Origin: the human T2T-CHM13v2.0 reference genome, Homo sapiens
Assembly (NCBI RefSeq): GCF_009914755.1
Contig: NC_060928.1
Strand: one strand, 5' to 3'
Length of the DNA stretch: 64,000 nt
Made by a program: the position numbers and the translations under genes. Position 1 is the first letter of the stretch, and the number at the start of each line of letters is the position of its first letter. This document shows positions 60,890-64,000 of the stretch, piece after piece. The notes under the pieces are model-generated. The model ran no database searches, was not told the DNA's origin, and worked only from the letters and a program-made list of their open reading frames with translations.

Positions 60890-61279
60890 CCATGAATCAC
60901 AATACTTCAGAAAGCCTCAACCCATCCTTCTATTCTTATGATCTCATCTCCTAAGATGATGCTCTGCCAAATGGATGGCTGGCTGATACCCAAACAGCCC
61001 TGGGTATCAGGTATCTTTGCAGTTTTGCTCATATGTGAAGTATATATACTCCATGAAACTCTACTATATAGAATAAAAGTAAATTGAGTTGAGATAAAGC
61101 ATTGGATAATTTGAACTTTATGGCTTAGAGGGGCTTGAACTGGACAATTTAGAAAATAAATTTTTGTGGTAGCCAAATGCATCAATCTAGTTAACTACAA
61201 CACATCAAGCTGCTTCTGTTGCATACTTACCGGGACTTTTGTGGGCCATGTATTTTGATGGAATGTAGTACCATGTGGA

Positions 61280-61520
61280 AAAACAAAAGGCCACTGTATG
61301 GAATCTAAGACTAATTCTGATGTGAGTCCTTGCTCTGTAACTTAGGAGATGCTGCTCAGGAACATATCTTTGATCCTCTTTGCACCTTGGTTTTCTCACT
61401 TATTAAATGGGGGTCATAATTCTTACTTGCCTTATAGTTCATTTTATTTGGTAAACAAATGAGAAATGAATGAGGGAGTGAATGAAATAGGGGTTTGTAA
61501 ATGTGAGCTTTGCAAACCAT
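61280..61520 (+). mobile_element. MIR relic
   Basis: GAATCTAAGAC...GAGTCCTTGCTCTG...CTTGGTTTTCTCACTTATTAAATGGGG. Confidence 0.55.
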
Positions 61521-62431
61521 AAACTCTGGCAGTGTAAGACTTAAGTATTCTGCCAACCAGCACAGGGCCTGACACATGCTTGGAGTCTCATCAATGTCTT
61601 TTGAGTAAACGTTCTTTTGAGATGTGCATTTTTTTTGGCTCTCCTTCAGCTCCCGGAGCATTACTAGCACTTTCTCAGCCAGCACTGTGTAGTTCTGACA
61701 AACTCATAAAGAGAAGTACTTGCCCATTTAACTTTTAATTTCTTGCACTGTATATGTAAAAAGTAAAAGTCTTCCTTTAACAATTTCTAGTAATACCCTA
61801 AAGGAAATCATGATTCTTTGTCCTGACCTAAGTTTTATTTACATATTATTTATGAAGAAATATTTCTTGCCAATTTGATTATTTAAAGTAGATGTAAACA
61901 AGGTTACCAGTGCTATTTAAAAAAGTTTTTCATTGTATGTGCTGTAATAGAACTCTGGACTTCTCCAACAAAGCATTTAAAAATTGTAATAAAATAATTT
62001 ATGGCTTTATTCTGTTCCATGCCTGTATTACCTAAATCTTGTAAGTCAAGTTTATATGTTCACGTGAATATAAGGTGCATGAGGAGAGCAAGCTCTGAGT
62101 TTGACTTTTTCACTCTTTGTGAATTTAGTAAATGAAGTAATTAAGTATACACTCATTTCAAGTTTTTAGCAGCCTTCCATGGCATGCCAGTAATTAATTA
62201 ATTACAATTATATCACCTCTTCAGCAAAGCTGGTTCAGTAGGACCAGTGCTTGCCAAACTTCAAAGGCAGTTCATGGCTAAATGTCCTTGAAATGAATAA
62301 CTATCAATAAGAACTGAAATATCATATGCTACTTTACAGTTTTCAGTTCTTCAATTAGTTTCTTTAACAATCTTGAGCTATAAGAAAAATTATTACTAGT
62401 CAATGATAATTTTTCTTACAGAAGTCTGATA

Positions 62432-62619
62432 CAAATGCCATAACAAAAGGTACCATAGACTTGGGGGTTTAAAAGACAGAATGATACTTTCTCACAGTTC
62501 TGGAGGCTAGAAGTCCATGATCAGAGTACCAGCAAGGTCAGGTACTGAAGACTCTTTTCCTGGCTTGAAGACAGCTGTCTTCTTGCTGTATCTTCACATG
62601 GTACAGAGAGAGAGAGAGA

Positions 62620-62655
<36 letters not shown>

Positions 62656-62824
62656 CGATGTTTCTCCTAATGGGGGCATTAATCCCAACATGAGGACCCA
62701 TCATGAGGACCCTGCTCTAACCTCAAGTACCTTCCGAAGGCCTCATCTCCAAATATCATCACTTTGGGAGTTCAGACTTCACCGTATAAATTTTGTGAAA
62801 AACACACACATTCGGTCTATAACA
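62432..62824 (-). mobile_element. MLT1A0-type MaLR LTR containing a (GA)n run at ~62605-62652
   Basis: TGCCATAACAAAA..TACCATAGACT...TTCTCACAGTTCTGGAGGCTAGAAGTCCA.GATCA...CATTCGGTCTATAACA. Confidence 0.85.
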
Positions 62825-63051
62825 CCCTATGTCCCCACTGAAAATACTCTGACTCAGAGGCAGCAACTTGCTTGTCCAGGTGGGGCTCACCCAGCCAGGA
62901 ATAGGGCAAAGCTGGAGGCAAGCAGAATTCTTCCAATCCTGAATTCTACAATCTTTCCAAGAAAGTAAGCATTCTGTATCCCTTCTTCCAAAGATTCTAT
63001 GACCCCAAATCACTTTCTATTTCCTCCTGGTTTTCCTCCAATTAACCAACA

Positions 63052-63270
63052 TGATTTGTTCTCCTCTGGGGTAATTTTCTCCCACAGGTGACATTTGTCA
63101 ATAGCTGGAGATATGCTTCCTTGTCACAGCTAGGGTAGGAGAAAATGCTACTGTCATCTAGTATGTAAAGGTCCAGGTTGCTGCTTAACATCCTACGATA
63201 TTAAGACAGCTCCCTAAAAGGAAGGATAACCAAGCATAAGAAGTTAATAGGGCCAAGATTGAGAACCCTA
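63052..63270 (+). mobile_element. MER20 (hAT-Charlie) MITE
   Basis: GGGGTAATTTTCTCCCACAGG.GACATTTG.CAAT..CTGGAGA...TGCTACTG.CATCTAGT...TAACATCCTAC...GCCAAG.TTGAGAACCCT. Confidence 0.8.
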
Positions 63271-63884
63271 ACCCAGATGAGTGAAGAATCCCATATTTGG
63301 TTTTGGAGCTGGGGCTTTCTTACCTGACAGGTGGATGTAACAGGATTTCTGAATATCACCCCATGGCCTGGAGTCTCAATAACTGTTCATTACTCAGAGA
63401 AATTCAAGATCCAAGCTCTACTTTCAACTTTTCTTTTTCAATTTTTTAATGGTTTAATCCACTGCAAAAAAAAAAAAAAATCCTTTCTGCAAAGTCCTGT
63501 CTGTAAATGTCAAGTGTGAGAGCAGCTGTTTTCACAAATGGGGAAACCAAGGTTCAGGAAGACAATAATTTTTCCATGGTGATACTGCTAGTAGTCATTA
63601 GAATTAGAAATGTTGACTCCCAAATCCGTATTTTTTTTCTCATTCTCTTCTTTTCTTTTTCCTTTTTTTCCTTTTTTTTTTTTCCAGGACCCTTCTTTCC
63701 TTTTCATGTAATTCTTTTTCTCCCCTAAGAATCCAGAGTATGGAGACTTCAGTCTACTTAAGCTACTTAATGTAGCCTAAGTGTGGAGACTCCAGATTCT
63801 TAGGAGAGAAAAAGAATTATATGGAATTGAAAAGGCAACCCTATAACAAAGAAGAAAAGAAGAGAATGAGAAAAAAATATAACA

Positions 63885-64000
63885 TTTCTAATTCTAATGA
63901 CTACTAGCAGTGTCACCATGGGAAAATTATTGTCTTCCTGATCCTCGGTTTCCCCACTTGTAAACTATGAATAATTATATTCGCCTCGTAAGATTGATCA
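63885..64000 (+). mobile_element. MIR relic running to the window end
   Basis: ACTAGCAGTGTCACCATGGGAAAATTA...CCTCGGTTTCCCCACTTGTAAA. Confidence 0.6.

Overview
This is repeat-rich, AT-rich euchromatic DNA from a primate, most likely an ape, and it is intergenic or deep-intronic. I could not identify any host protein-coding exon, structural RNA gene or CRISPR array. The window is dominated by transposon fossils. These are a full-length L1PA3-like LINE-1 (21683-27734, minus; intact ORF1, ORF2 with two lesions), a closely related 5'-inverted (twin-primed) L1 (46242-50252), an older L1 3' fragment, about nine Alus, several MaLR/ERVL LTRs, a nested LTR16/ERVL provirus remnant, a Ricksha (MULE/MuDR) transposon, MER6, Tigger3a, MER20, L2/MIR relics and several simple repeats. 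I found no convincing new biological system. The least explained signals are: (1) a ~360-bp AT-rich foldback palindrome at 41270-41627; (2) two dispersed duplications of apparently unique sequence (100 bp at 32531/33813; 78 bp at 11336/11976, with a perfect hairpin at one breakpoint); (3) several non-consensus ORF2 substitutions shared by the two young L1s, suggesting a lineage-specific subfamily or gene conversion. Family names come from recalled consensus sequences, not from a database search.
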